Shown one piece after another: positions 17,660-27,292 of a DNA stretch of 64,000 bases (positions within the stretch are counted from its first letter, which is position 1; the number at the start of each line of letters is the position of its first letter). The DNA is taken from positions 32,001 through 96,000 of the forward strand of contig OZ219815.1 in the NCBI GenBank assembly GCA_964291235.2. Direction: 5' to 3'. The notes below the pieces were generated by a model. That model made no database searches, was not told the origin of the DNA, and saw only the letters and a list, made by a program, of their open reading frames with translations. The DNA is from Vicinamibacteria bacterium. GTDB lineage: Bacteria; Acidobacteriota; Vicinamibacteria; Marinacidobacterales; Marinacidobacteraceae. The translations under genes and the position numbers were made by a program.

Positions 17660-18993
17660 CCCAGTGAGCGGGCGATCAGCGAAAGGAGCGTGCCCGCCTC
17701 GTCCTCGGTCAGCGAGAGGTTCGGACGCACCCGCACCGAGCGCGGGCCGCAGCCGAGAATGAGCAGCCCATTCTCGTAGGCGCGCGCCAGGAAGGCGTCG
17801 CGCTGCCCGGTGTCGGGGAGATCGAAGGCGCAGATCAGCCCCCGGCCGCGCACCGCCGTGATCCGGCCGCCGGCCTCCCGCGCCATTTCGTGGAGGCCGT
17901 CGAGGATCACCTGGCCGACGTGGGCCGCGTTCTCCACCAGCCCCTCCTCCTCGAAAATCTCGAGATAGCGGCCGAAGCGGACCATGTCCACCAGGTTGCC
18001 CCCGAAGGTGGAGTTGATCCGCGAGGACAACCGGAAGACGTTGTCCTCGACCTCGTCCACCCGGCGGCTCGCGAGCATGCCGCAGACCTGGGCCTTCTTT
18101 CCGAAGACGAGGACATCGGGCTCGACCCCGAAGTGCTGGTAGCACCACATCCGCCCCGTCATCCCTACCCCGGTCTGCACCTCGTCGAAAATGAGCAGGA
18201 ATTCGTGCTCGTCGGCGAGCCTCCGAAGTTCCCGCAGGAATTCGGCCCGGAAATGAAGGTCGCCACCCTCGCCCTGGATGGGCTCGATGATGAGGCCGGC
18301 GATCTCGTCGGGACTGTCGGCAACCGCCGCTTCGATCGCCGCCACCGCCCGCGCCTCGGCGGCTTCGGTCTCCGCCAGCCGTTCCGCCTCGGGAAACCGG
18401 ATGTAGGGGTTTTCGATGCGGGGCCAGTCGAACTTCGGGAAGTAGGCCACCTTCATGGGCTCGGTGTTCGTGATGGAAAGCGCGTAGCCGGTGCGCCCGT
18501 GGAAGGCGTGGCGGAAATGGATGATCTTGCTTCCCCGCTCGCCCCTCCCGGCGGCGAGGTTCTTCCGCACCTTCCAGTCGAAGGCCGTCTTGAGCGCGTT
18601 CTCCACCGCCACCGCGCCACCCGCGACAAAAAAAGCGTGCGGCAGGCCCGCCGGAATCGCGAGCCGGGAAAAGGTGTCCACGAAACGCGCCATCTCGACG
18701 GTGTAGAAGTCGGAGTTCGACGGATTGTGGACCGCTACCCGGCCCAGCCGCTCAACGAATGCGGGATCGGTGACCCCCGGATGGTTGTGGCCGACGGGGT
18801 TCGTCGCGAAGTAGGAAAACGCGTCCAGGAACACCCGTCCGGTGCGGGCGCAGCGCATCCAGGCGCCGTGGCTTTCGTCGAGATCGAGGACGAGATCGAG
18901 ACCGTCCGCGAGGAGGTGGCGGCGAAGAATGCCGTGAACTTCGGCGGGGCTCGGCCCCTGTGAAACAGCAGCGGAAATCGAACTCGCGCTCAT
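17656..18993 (-). CDS. lat: L-lysine 6-transaminase (class III aminotransferase)
   Basis: GAVAVENALKTAFDWKVRKN, AFHGRTGYALS, FPKFDWPRI, EPIQGEGGD, FDEVQTG, FGKKAQVCG, SRINSTFGGNLVDM. Confidence 0.9.
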   Translation of the reverse strand: MSASSISAAVSQGPSPAEVHGILRRHLLADGLDLVLDLDESHGAWMRCARTGRVFLDAFSYFATNPVGHNHPGVTDPAFVERLGRVAVHNPSNSDFYTVEMARFVDTFSRLAIPAGLPHAFFVAGGAVAVENALKTAFDWKVRKNLAAGRGERGSKIIHFRHAFHGRTGYALSITNTEPMKVAYFPKFDWPRIENPYIRFPEAERLAETEAAEARAVAAIEAAVADSPDEIAGLIIEPIQGEGGDLHFRAEFLRELRRLADEHEFLLIFDEVQTGVGMTGRMWCYQHFGVEPDVLVFGKKAQVCGMLASRRVDEVEDNVFRLSSRINSTFGGNLVDMVRFGRYLEIFEEEGLVENAAHVGQVILDGLHEMAREAGGRITAVRGRGLICAFDLPDTGQRDAFLARAYENGLLILGCGPRSVRVRPNLSLTEDEAGTLLSLIARSLG

Positions 18994-19054
18994 CCCGAGA
19001 GCCTACCAATCACCAGGGCGAACCGGGCGTCTGCGAACCCATAGACTCCGGGTG

Positions 19055-20005
19055 ATGCACCTAGGCCTGATCCGGCTGCTGGCGGGCGCCGCCCTCCTGC
19101 TCGGGACTACGGCCGGGACTCTTGCCGCCGCGGCTGGGCGGGGCGAAACGCGGCCGTTGGCCGTCGAGGTGCGGGTGTTCGAGGTCCGACGGGTGAACTC
19201 GGACTTCTCCCCCGTCGAAGACCTCTCCTTCCTGGTGAACTCCGACGGGACCGCGGTCCAGGTCTCGGAATGGCTCGCGACGCTCGCGCGGCGGATTCCG
19301 GACTCCTATTTCGCGCAACTCCTGACGCTGGGACCGGCTCCCGTCACTCCCGAAGCGCAGTGGGCAATCAGGCGCCAGGACGGGCGGCGGGGTATCCGAT
19401 TGCGTGTCCGCCCCGCCCCGGAAGAAGCCCCGACAACGCAGCCGACCCCGGACGCGGGCGCCGCGGAACCGGCGCCCCGGTTCCGGCTGGACTTCGATCT
19501 TCTCCGATCCGAAACCCCGGTTCAGGAAATCGACGTTCAGGGAACCATCGAACCCGGGATGACCCGAATGGTCAGCGGGCGCGACTTCGAGGTGTCCCTC
19601 AGCCGGTACCTGTCCTGGTTCCGCGAGCCCGCCGATCTCGCGGCCCGGGAAGAGCTCTACGAGAGCATCCGGAACCAGAACATCTACCTCGCGGTCGGGA
19701 TCACGTTCCGTCACCTCGAGGAGGCCGCTCCCGCGCTGCCGGTGCGGCTTCGGCCACCGCACGATCCGCAGCTCCGCCAACTCCGGTCTCCGCTGATCGG
19801 CAACGCGGCGGGGGCGTTGCGCCTCCGCGTGCTCCTCGACGAAACGGGGGCCGTGGCGCACACGGAGGTGCTCGAGACCACGCTTCCCGAGGTGACTCCC
19901 CGGGTCCTCGGCATCGTCAGGGCATGGCAGTTCCCGCAGGCGGCGGGACGGCAGATCCGGCTGTCCATTCCGGTCCGGAGCGTCCGCCTCATTCCCTCCG
20001 GCTAG
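19055..20005 (+). CDS. Secreted hypothetical protein with C-terminal TonB_C-like domain
   Basis: Signal peptide; C-terminal LRVLLDETGAVAHTEVLE...VRAWQF resembles a TonB C-terminal domain. Confidence 0.6.
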   Translation: MHLGLIRLLAGAALLLGTTAGTLAAAAGRGETRPLAVEVRVFEVRRVNSDFSPVEDLSFLVNSDGTAVQVSEWLATLARRIPDSYFAQLLTLGPAPVTPEAQWAIRRQDGRRGIRLRVRPAPEEAPTTQPTPDAGAAEPAPRFRLDFDLLRSETPVQEIDVQGTIEPGMTRMVSGRDFEVSLSRYLSWFREPADLAAREELYESIRNQNIYLAVGITFRHLEEAAPALPVRLRPPHDPQLRQLRSPLIGNAAGALRLRVLLDETGAVAHTEVLETTLPEVTPRVLGIVRAWQFPQAAGRQIRLSIPVRSVRLIPSG

Positions 20006-20050
20006 CAGCCTGCGGCAAAACCCACGCTGCTCCGGTTCTCCCGGTGGGGG
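20002..20050 (+). mobile_element. Solo left end of the MITE family
   Basis: CTAG-CAGCCTGCGGCAAAACCC...CCGGTTCTCCCGGTGGGGG is colinear with 17455-17502; no matching right end. Confidence 0.7.
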
Positions 20051-20134
20051 CCCGACCGGGACTCGCTTGCCGATAATCGGGGGGTCTGGTACAAGGGTGC
20101 GTTCCCCGCAATTTCTTCAAGGAGAAGACCCTGA

Positions 20135-21796
20135 ATGACTTTCCGAACCCTCTGTAGGCGGGCTGCGCTGGGCGCGGCCCTCCTCGCTCTCGCAGCCTCT
20201 CCCGCACTCGCCCAGTCGAGCGGACTCGGCACCATCGATTTCCCGAACTCCGGCAACGAAGCCGCCCAGAAGGACTTCCTCGACGGCGTCCGCCTCCTCC
20301 ACAGTTTCGAGTGGGAGGACGCCGCCGAGGCATTCCAGCGCGCCCAGGCAGCCGATCCGGACTTCGCGCTCGCCTACTGGGGCGAAGCGCTGAGCCATTC
20401 GGGCGGCCACCACTACCCGCCGGGCCAGGACATGTCGAAAGCGCGGGACGCGCTGTTGAAGCTCGGCAGGACACGCGCGGAGCGGGTGGCGAAGGCCGCG
20501 ACCGACCGTGAAAAGCGCTACCTCGAATCCGTACACGTCCTCTACGGGCCTGGCGACGTCCTGGAACGCAGCGAGGGCTACGAGCAGGTGCTCGCCGAGC
20601 TTTCCGCCGCCTATCCGGAGGATCTCGAGGCCGCCGCCTTCCATTCCCTCGCCCTGATGCGCACCAAGGTGCGGGGCAAGGAGAGCCTGCGGGTGGACAT
20701 GCGCGCGGGCGCCATCGCCCAGCGGGTGTTCCGCGAGAACCCCGACCATCCGGGCGCCGCCCACTACGTGATCCATGCCTTCGACAACCCGGTGCAAGCC
20801 CCGGTGGCGCTCTACGCCGCCCAGAAGTACGCGGACATCGCCCCGGCGGCGGTGCACGCGCTCCACATGCCCTCGCACATCTTCGTCCAGCACGGGATGT
20901 GGGACCAGGTCCGCAGCCTCAACGACCGCTCCTACCAGGCCTCGGTTGATCGCGCCGAGCGGAAGGGACTCTCACCGGCCCGCTACTCCTACCACGCGCT
21001 CTACTGGCTGCTTTACGCCTACCTCGAGGAAGGCCGTTACGACGATGGCCAGAACCTCCTCGACGAGTTCGAAGAGCTGACCAAACGGGACGAGATGACC
21101 TCGGGCATGAGGGAGACGTGGATGCGCATGGACGCGCTGCACACCGTCGAGACCCGGCGCTGGAAGCCCCAGCCGGTGGACGATCTGGTGATGCAGCTCG
21201 ACAGCGACGAGCCGGAGGTCGGCCACCGCACCGCCGGCGCCATGCTGTATGCGCGCGGAGCGAGCGCCGCCGAAACCGGCGACGTGGAGACGGCGATGAA
21301 GGCCCACGAGGGCCTGAAGAAGATCCACGAAATGCTCGCCAGCGACGAGAACCCGCGCGGCGCCGAACAGGCCCAGGTGATGGCCTACGAGATGACGGGC
21401 CTGATCGCCAAGGCGAAGGGCGACAGCGAGGGCGCCATCGCCGCTTTCCGCAAGGCGGTGGACGTCGCGGAGAGCATGGAGCCTCCCTCCGGCCCTCCGG
21501 GCGAATCCCCGATCGATTCGCCGATTCAGCCGGCCCACGAACTGCTCGGCGAAATGCTCCTCGGCACCGGCGACGCCGAGACGGCTCTCCAGGTCTTCGA
21601 GACCTCGCTGGAGCGGACCGCGAAGCGGCCCCATTCGCTCTACGGAGCGGCGCGCGCCGCGGCCAAGCTTGGTGACGACGAGGCCGCGAACCGCTACTAC
21701 CAGCAGCTTCTCGCAACCCCCGAGCGGGGACCGGACCTGCCGGGACTCGCGGATGCGGAAGCCATGATCGGCGAAACGACGATGGGGCAGAACTGA
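20135..21796 (+). CDS. Secreted TPR-repeat protein with His-rich motif
   Basis: Signal peptide; LGTIDFPNSG..AQ..F..G...LHSF.W..A..AF; HPGAAHYVIHAFD...VHALHMPSHIF; helical repeats. Confidence 0.85.
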   Translation: MTFRTLCRRAALGAALLALAASPALAQSSGLGTIDFPNSGNEAAQKDFLDGVRLLHSFEWEDAAEAFQRAQAADPDFALAYWGEALSHSGGHHYPPGQDMSKARDALLKLGRTRAERVAKAATDREKRYLESVHVLYGPGDVLERSEGYEQVLAELSAAYPEDLEAAAFHSLALMRTKVRGKESLRVDMRAGAIAQRVFRENPDHPGAAHYVIHAFDNPVQAPVALYAAQKYADIAPAAVHALHMPSHIFVQHGMWDQVRSLNDRSYQASVDRAERKGLSPARYSYHALYWLLYAYLEEGRYDDGQNLLDEFEELTKRDEMTSGMRETWMRMDALHTVETRRWKPQPVDDLVMQLDSDEPEVGHRTAGAMLYARGASAAETGDVETAMKAHEGLKKIHEMLASDENPRGAEQAQVMAYEMTGLIAKAKGDSEGAIAAFRKAVDVAESMEPPSGPPGESPIDSPIQPAHELLGEMLLGTGDAETALQVFETSLERTAKRPHSLYGAARAAAKLGDDEAANRYYQQLLATPERGPDLPGLADAEAMIGETTMGQN

Positions 21797-21868
21797 CTCT
21801 GCCCTGATTCAACGACAGGCGAGGGCGGCCCCATCCGGGGCCGCCCTCCTTCCGAAAGGGGAAGCGTC

Positions 21869-22186
21869 ATGACCAGGCTCGCCCCGCTGGTTCTGCTTGC
21901 AGCCGCTCTTGGTGGCGGCTGCTCGAAAGCGCCGGCGTTCCCGCCTGAAATGACCTGCGAAGCCCTGGAGGCCGAACGGGAGGACGCGGAGCGGAGGGTC
22001 CGCACGCTCGCCGGCGATACCACGGACCTGGACCAACGCGACCTCATGGGTGATGTTCACGCTCGCTCCAATCAGGGGGACGAAGAGTGGCGTGACGCCA
22101 AGCGGGTCCGGGAGGCTGAGGAGCACCTGGAAGCCGTGAAGGCGGCGATCGCCGACCGCTGCACTACGAACCCGGAAGCCGGGTAA
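21869..22186 (+). CDS. Small lipoprotein, hypothetical
   Basis: LGGGC lipobox, RBS AAGGGG, coiled-coil-like body. Confidence 0.65.
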   Translation: MTRLAPLVLLAAALGGGCSKAPAFPPEMTCEALEAEREDAERRVRTLAGDTTDLDQRDLMGDVHARSNQGDEEWRDAKRVREAEEHLEAVKAAIADRCTTNPEAG

Positions 22187-22294
22187 CGAGTTCGGCTTCC
22201 CGTTCGGGGTCGGCTTCCCGCGGTCCCGAGCGCGGCAGCTCGGGCTGAGCGGACTACGAACTCGACGGACAGCGAACCGGGTTCGCCGCCACGG

Positions 22295-22981
22295 CTACTC
22301 GTCGCCGAGCAGGCCCGACCGCAACAGGTAGTAGAGCAGGGTCACGATGCCGGTAAGGGCGGCGGCCACATAGGTCATCGCCGCCGCACTCAGCACCTTC
22401 GAGACCCCGCGGCGCTCGTCGGGGGTGATGATCCCCGTCTCCCAGACGAGCGCCTTGGCGCGCCGGGAAGCGTTCAACTCGACCGGCAACGTCACCACCT
22501 GGAAGAGCACCACCAGCGAGAAGAGGGCGATCCCGAGCTGCACCAGCCCGAACGCGCCAAGCAGGAAACCACCGAGCAGCAGAATCCAGGAGACGCTCGA
22601 GGCGAAGCTCGCGGGCCGGGCGAGGACCTGGCGGAACATCAGCGGCTGGTAGCCGCTGTGATGCTGCATGGCGTGCCCCACTTCGTGGGCCGCCACCGCG
22701 ACCGCCCCGACGGTCCGGCCGCTGTACACCTCGGGCGAGAGCCGCAGCACCCGCACGCGGGGGTCATAGTGATCCGAGAGCGCACCGGGGTGCTGTTCCA
22801 CGGGGATGTGGATGCTCTGGCGGCGGAGCAACATCTCCGCCGTCTCGCGGCCGCTGCGGCCGCTGGAGACCGGCACGCGGTTGTAGCGGGCGAAGGTCCT
22901 CTTGACCTTGAACGTCGCCCACAGGGTGAGGGCGATCGCCGGGCCGACCATCAGGAAGTAGAGCGGATCGAGGAAAAACAT
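22295..22981 (-). CDS. Putative neutral zinc metallopeptidase (YugP-like membrane protein)
   Basis: LSDHYDPR..LRLS, AVAAHEVGHAMQH, TLPVELNASRRA, VLSAAAMTYVAA. Confidence 0.92.
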   Translation of the reverse strand: MFFLDPLYFLMVGPAIALTLWATFKVKRTFARYNRVPVSSGRSGRETAEMLLRRQSIHIPVEQHPGALSDHYDPRVRVLRLSPEVYSGRTVGAVAVAAHEVGHAMQHHSGYQPLMFRQVLARPASFASSVSWILLLGGFLLGAFGLVQLGIALFSLVVLFQVVTLPVELNASRRAKALVWETGIITPDERRGVSKVLSAAAMTYVAAALTGIVTLLYYLLRSGLLGDE

Positions 22982-23016
22982 CGAGGAAAACAGGCTCCGA
23001 GAGAGAATGACTGCTG

Positions 23017-24312
23017 ATGTCCATAACACTAGACCGCGACGGAACGTTTCCCAAGCGAGACGACTCGACCGAAGCTGCCCTGGAGATCAACGCCGAGCGT
23101 CTCCGCGACTCCCTGATCGCACTCTCCGGCTTCGGGGCCCATCCGGACGGCGGCGCCCGGCGAATCGCTTTTTCGAAAGCGGAACTCGGGGCCCGCACCT
23201 GGATCACCGGCGAGATGGAAAGCGCCGGACTCGCGGTGCGCACCGACCCCGCCGGCAACCTCTTCGGCCGGCGCGAGGGGAAAGAGCCCCTACCCGCCAT
23301 CCTCTTCGGCTCGCACCTCGACACCGTGCCACGCGGCGGCCACTACGACGGAACCCTGGGCGTCCTCGGGGCGCTCGAGGTGCTGCGCGCCCTCGCCGAA
23401 CAACGGGTGGAGACGCGGCACCCGCTCGAGATGGTCGTCTGGTGCGACGAGGAGGGGGCCCACTTCGGGAACGGCCTCTTCGGCAGCCGCGCGGCCACGG
23501 GAGCCGTTCACGACGGCGAACTCGACCGGGTCGGGGAAGACGGGCTGAGCCTCCACGAGTGGATTGAACGCTACGGGCTCGATCCCCGGGCGCTGGAGCG
23601 CGCCATCCTGGATCCGCGACGGGTCCGGGCGGCTTTCGAACTCCACATCGAGCAGGGCGGCAACCTGGAACGCGAGGGCTGCCGGATCGCGGTGGTGGAA
23701 GGCATCGTCGGGATCCACCGGTTCGAGGTGAACGTCGGCGGATTCCAGAACCACGCGGGGACCACCCCGATGGCGGAACGGAAGGACGCCATGCTCGCCG
23801 CCGCGCACCTGATCGTCGCGGTGCACGAGGAGATCCGGGCGCTTCCCGGAGAACAGGTCGGAAACGTGGGCCAGCTCGCGGTCTCCCCCGACGCCGCCAA
23901 CGTGGTGCCGGGCGCCGTGCGGTTCCCGATCGAACTGCGCGACCTGAGGGACGAAGTGGTGGACGACATCATCGAGCGGATCGGGGCGCGGGGAAACCGG
24001 CTGGCGGCGGAAACGGGCTGCACCGTCGGGATCCACCGGATCCTCCGCGAACCTCCCGCCGACCTAGACCCGGGTCTCAGGGCGTTGCTCTACCGGGTCG
24101 CCCGGGAGGCGGGACACGAGCCGCTGTCCCTCCCGAGCCGCGCCGGCCACGACTCCCAAAACACCGCCCGCCACGGCATCCCCACGGCGATGATCTTCGT
24201 CCCCAGCCGGAACGGGATCAGCCATTCACCGGAGGAGTGGACGTCGTGGGAGGACTGCGCCCGCGGCGTGGACCTCCTCCGCCGCGCCGTCCTGGCAGTG
24301 GACGCGGCATAG
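23017..24312 (+). CDS. M20 Zn-dependent hydrolase (allantoate amidohydrolase / N-carbamoyl-L-amino acid hydrolase family)
   Basis: GSHLDTVPRGGHYDGTLGV, EEG, ELHIEQG, HAGTTPM, AGHD, GISHSPEE. Confidence 0.92.
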   Translation: MSITLDRDGTFPKRDDSTEAALEINAERLRDSLIALSGFGAHPDGGARRIAFSKAELGARTWITGEMESAGLAVRTDPAGNLFGRREGKEPLPAILFGSHLDTVPRGGHYDGTLGVLGALEVLRALAEQRVETRHPLEMVVWCDEEGAHFGNGLFGSRAATGAVHDGELDRVGEDGLSLHEWIERYGLDPRALERAILDPRRVRAAFELHIEQGGNLEREGCRIAVVEGIVGIHRFEVNVGGFQNHAGTTPMAERKDAMLAAAHLIVAVHEEIRALPGEQVGNVGQLAVSPDAANVVPGAVRFPIELRDLRDEVVDDIIERIGARGNRLAAETGCTVGIHRILREPPADLDPGLRALLYRVAREAGHEPLSLPSRAGHDSQNTARHGIPTAMIFVPSRNGISHSPEEWTSWEDCARGVDLLRRAVLAVDAA

Positions 24313-24326
24313 CGCCGGAACGCCAC

Positions 24327-25394
24327 CTACACCCGCAGGAACACCTCGCGGCCCAGCGCGCTGGACTCCTGGATCGCCTTCACCACCCGCAGCGACTTGA
24401 GCGCCTCCTCGCCGGTGAGCACCGGATCCCGGCCCTCGCGCACCGCGTCGGCCATGTCCTGAAGCTGGATCCGGTGGCGGGTCTGCGGGTAGGCCCACGG
24501 GTCGTCGGTGTCGAGCCATGCCGAGGTCTCCGGCAGTCCCTCGGGCCCGGGCACCCCATCCACCTCCCAGACGAGGAACTCGTCGTACTGGGCGTTCGCT
24601 ACCACCGTCCCCCGCTCGCCGTGGATCTCGAGCCGGGAACGAAGCGCCGGCCGGACCGCGGTGGTGCTCTCCACCACCCCCATGGCGCCGTTCTCGAACC
24701 GAAGCATCGCGGTGGCCACGTCTTCCACCTCGATCGCGTGCCGCCGGGTCGCCGTCCGCCCGATCACCGAGGTGACCGGCCCCACCAGGTGTTGCAGCAG
24801 ATCAATGATGTGGATGGACTGGGTCATCAGGCAGCCGCCGCCCTCGAGCGCCGCGGTCCCGCGCCACGCCGCGCGCCGATAGTAGGACGGAGCCCGGCTG
24901 CTCTTGTCGAAGGCGTCGGCCAGCCAGATCTCTCCCAGCCCGCCGCTGCCGAGCAGTTCCCGGAGCGCGTCCGCGACCCGTCCGAAGCGCATCTGGAAGA
25001 TGACGCCGAGCCGCACGCCGCGCTTCCGGCAGTGCTGCACCATCCGCTCGCCCGCCTCGACCGTCGCTTCGAGCGGCTTTTCCACCAGCACGTGCCGGCC
25101 GGCGTCCGCCGCCGCCAGAGTCATCTCCGCGTGAAGACCCGTCGGAGACGTGACGATCACCACCTCCACCTGCGGGTCGGCGATCAACTCCCGGTAGTCC
25201 GTGTAGGCGCGCGGACTGCCGTACTCGGCCGCAAAGGCCCGGACCCCGTCGGGATCGCGGGAGCAGACCGCCGCCAGGAACCCGCCCTCGACGAACTTCA
25301 GTTCCTGGGCGCTGAAACCACCCGCCATCCCGGTTCCAATCAGGCCGAACCCGACCGGCTTCCAATCCCGGCGGGTACCCGGGTCGCCACCCAT
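24327..25394 (-). CDS. Gfo/Idh/MocA family oxidoreductase
   Basis: GLIGTG, HVLVEKP, FQMRF, WRGT...GGG.LM.Q.IH.IDL, EVED. Confidence 0.92.
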   Translation of the reverse strand: MGGDPGTRRDWKPVGFGLIGTGMAGGFSAQELKFVEGGFLAAVCSRDPDGVRAFAAEYGSPRAYTDYRELIADPQVEVVIVTSPTGLHAEMTLAAADAGRHVLVEKPLEATVEAGERMVQHCRKRGVRLGVIFQMRFGRVADALRELLGSGGLGEIWLADAFDKSSRAPSYYRRAAWRGTAALEGGGCLMTQSIHIIDLLQHLVGPVTSVIGRTATRRHAIEVEDVATAMLRFENGAMGVVESTTAVRPALRSRLEIHGERGTVVANAQYDEFLVWEVDGVPGPEGLPETSAWLDTDDPWAYPQTRHRIQLQDMADAVREGRDPVLTGEEALKSLRVVKAIQESSALGREVFLRV

Positions 25395-25436
25395 CAGAGC
25401 CCGCTCACCGTCAACAGCCCTCGCATCAACAACCCT

Positions 25437-25481
25437 TCAAGGCGCCCCGACGAGGGCAGAAGGGTCCCGATGGATGGTCAC
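25437..25481 (-). pseudogene. Remnant of PIN-domain (VapC) toxin N-terminus
   Basis: GTGA overlap with the antitoxin stop; reads MTIHRDPSALVGAP-stop, a decayed MxxxLDTSAL PIN start. Confidence 0.5.
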
Positions 25482-25759
25482 CGCTCGGGCCGCAGCGGGC
25501 TTGACTCTCGCCGAGAGGCGCGAATCTCCCGAATCTCGGCGTCAACGCTCTCCTGAGAGCGAATCACGGGCTCCCGGTTCAGTCCGTCCAGCACTTCCAG
25601 CATTCGGAGCCGTTCGCGTTCACCGAGGCGATCCGTGCGAGCCGCGTAGTCGGCAACGGCCTCCCGCACGACATGGCTCTGGGCGATTCCCAGCCGATCC
25701 GCGGTGCGTCGAATCTCTCGAACCGTCTCGTCGGGCAAGGAAAACGCGACCCGTGCCAT
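25478..25759 (-). CDS. Ribbon-helix-helix (CopG-like) antitoxin-type protein
   Basis: RVAFSLPDETVREIRRTADRLGIAQSHVVREAVADY RHH pattern; C-terminal VDAEIREIRASR is typical of VapB-type antitoxins. Confidence 0.8.
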   Translation of the reverse strand: MARVAFSLPDETVREIRRTADRLGIAQSHVVREAVADYAARTDRLGERERLRMLEVLDGLNREPVIRSQESVDAEIREIRASRRESSPLRPER

Positions 25760-25802
25760 AACGCGACCATACCGTAACGACCTGTCCCGGCCGGGCCACG
25801 GT

Positions 25803-26174
25803 TCACCGCTGGAGCTCGAGGACGATGACCTCGATGGGGTCCTCGCCGCGGTTCACGTCCCCGTGCAGTTCACCCGGCGGGTCGGCGTCGAGCCAGTAGG
25901 CCTTGCCGTCCTCCCAGTGCATGGCCTTTTCCTCACCCTCCTCGGTCACCACGTGCAGCGTGCCGCCCCGGATCGCCACGATGGCGCGTCCGTTTTCGTG
26001 ACGGTGCATGGAGAGCGGCTGGTTCGGATAGACGAAGGTCTTCCACACCTTCAGGTGTTCGTTCTCGAACTGCGGCTCGCGCCGGGTGCGCGCCTCCTGT
26101 CCGCCGGCGCGAGCCGATCCGAAGGCGAAACCGACCAGCAGGCCGAGGGAAAGAACGAGCAGAAGACGCAGCAT
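25803..26174 (-). CDS. Secreted cupin-domain protein
   Basis: Signal peptide; FENEHLKVW...MHRH...LHGDVN.G..PIEVIVLEL. Confidence 0.8.
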   Translation of the reverse strand: MLRLLLVLSLGLLVGFAFGSARAGGQEARTRREPQFENEHLKVWKTFVYPNQPLSMHRHENGRAIVAIRGGTLHVVTEEGEEKAMHWEDGKAYWLDADPPGELHGDVNRGEDPIEVIVLELQR

Positions 26175-26212
26175 GGGAATTCCTCCGGGAAGGCCGTTAG
26201 GCTAATCGCATC

Positions 26213-27292
26213 ATGTACTCCGTCCGAAAGAAAGCGTCCCTCGGAATCCTGGCGGCCGGAATCCTTCTCGGCCTGGCCGGGTGCGGCGGCTCGAGCGACA
26301 TCGCGCTGCCCTCCGCCGATCCTCTGACTCCCTACCGTCTCGCCACCTATCGCTCGTCGGACGCCGGCGACGGTTCGCCGCGCCCGGCCATCGTGGTCGG
26401 AGAGACGATCCTGGACCTGGCAGCCGCCGATGCCCTCTTCGCCACCGAGACGGAGGCCTCGCCGTTCGGCTTCGCGGACGACCTGATCGCGGTCATCGCA
26501 GCCGGCGATCCCGCCACTGCCCGGCTGAACCAGATCGCGAACCGCTTCGCCGGCCGCGAGGACGGGTTCCGCTTCCGCGTGGAACCCCATCGTCTGGCCG
26601 CACCCCTGCTCTACCCGGCGAATCTGCTGGCGGCGGCCGCGAACTACCGCTCCCACGCCGCCGAGATGGACGTCGAGCAGGAGGTGGATCCCGACCGGGA
26701 CGCGCCCTACCTCTTCGCCAAGTCGGCGCGTTCCGGAATCATCGGCACGGGCGAGGCCTACCGGATCCCGCCCGGCCGCGACCGGATCGACTGGGAGGGC
26801 GAACTCGGGGTAGTCATCGGCAAGACCGCCCTCCGGGTCTCCGTCGAGGAAGCCCTTGACCATGTATTCGGCTACACGGTGGTCTTCGACGTGAGCGACC
26901 GTGGCGGCCGCCACCGCGAAAACCCGATGCTTCCGGGACCGGACTGGTTCTCCGGCAAGAGCGGCGACCGCGCCGCCCCCATGGGCCCGTACATCACGCC
27001 GGCCGCCTTCCTCCCGGATCCGCAGGCGATCCGCCTGACCACCCGGATCGACGATCGGGTGGTCCAGGACGACACCACCGCCAACATGATCTATTCGGTT
27101 GCCCACCTCGTCTCCTATTCGAGCCAGATCATGACCCTCCACCCGGGCGACGTGATCGCCACCGGCACTCCGGACGGCGTCGGGTCGGCCCGCGAGCCAC
27201 CGGAATTCGTGAGCCCGGGCCAGACGGTCCACATCGAGATCGAGGGGATCGGAACGCTCTCCACCCCGATCGAGGCCAGCCCCGGCTCGTGA
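26213..27292 (+). CDS. Fumarylacetoacetate hydrolase family protein with lipoprotein signal
   Basis: LAGC lipobox; NYRSH, DWEGELGVVIG, DVSDR, GKSGD..PMGP, LHPGDVIATGTPDGVG. Confidence 0.9.
   Translation: MYSVRKKASLGILAAGILLGLAGCGGSSDIALPSADPLTPYRLATYRSSDAGDGSPRPAIVVGETILDLAAADALFATETEASPFGFADDLIAVIAAGDPATARLNQIANRFAGREDGFRFRVEPHRLAAPLLYPANLLAAAANYRSHAAEMDVEQEVDPDRDAPYLFAKSARSGIIGTGEAYRIPPGRDRIDWEGELGVVIGKTALRVSVEEALDHVFGYTVVFDVSDRGGRHRENPMLPGPDWFSGKSGDRAAPMGPYITPAAFLPDPQAIRLTTRIDDRVVQDDTTANMIYSVAHLVSYSSQIMTLHPGDVIATGTPDGVGSAREPPEFVSPGQTVHIEIEGIGTLSTPIEASPGS

Noticed and set aside
22187-22294. Sixth copy of the structured element
   Set aside because: Only a P1-like hairpin (GCGAACC-GGTTCGC, about 22272-22287) and short inverted repeats; no GGGGAAAGTGTGA core.
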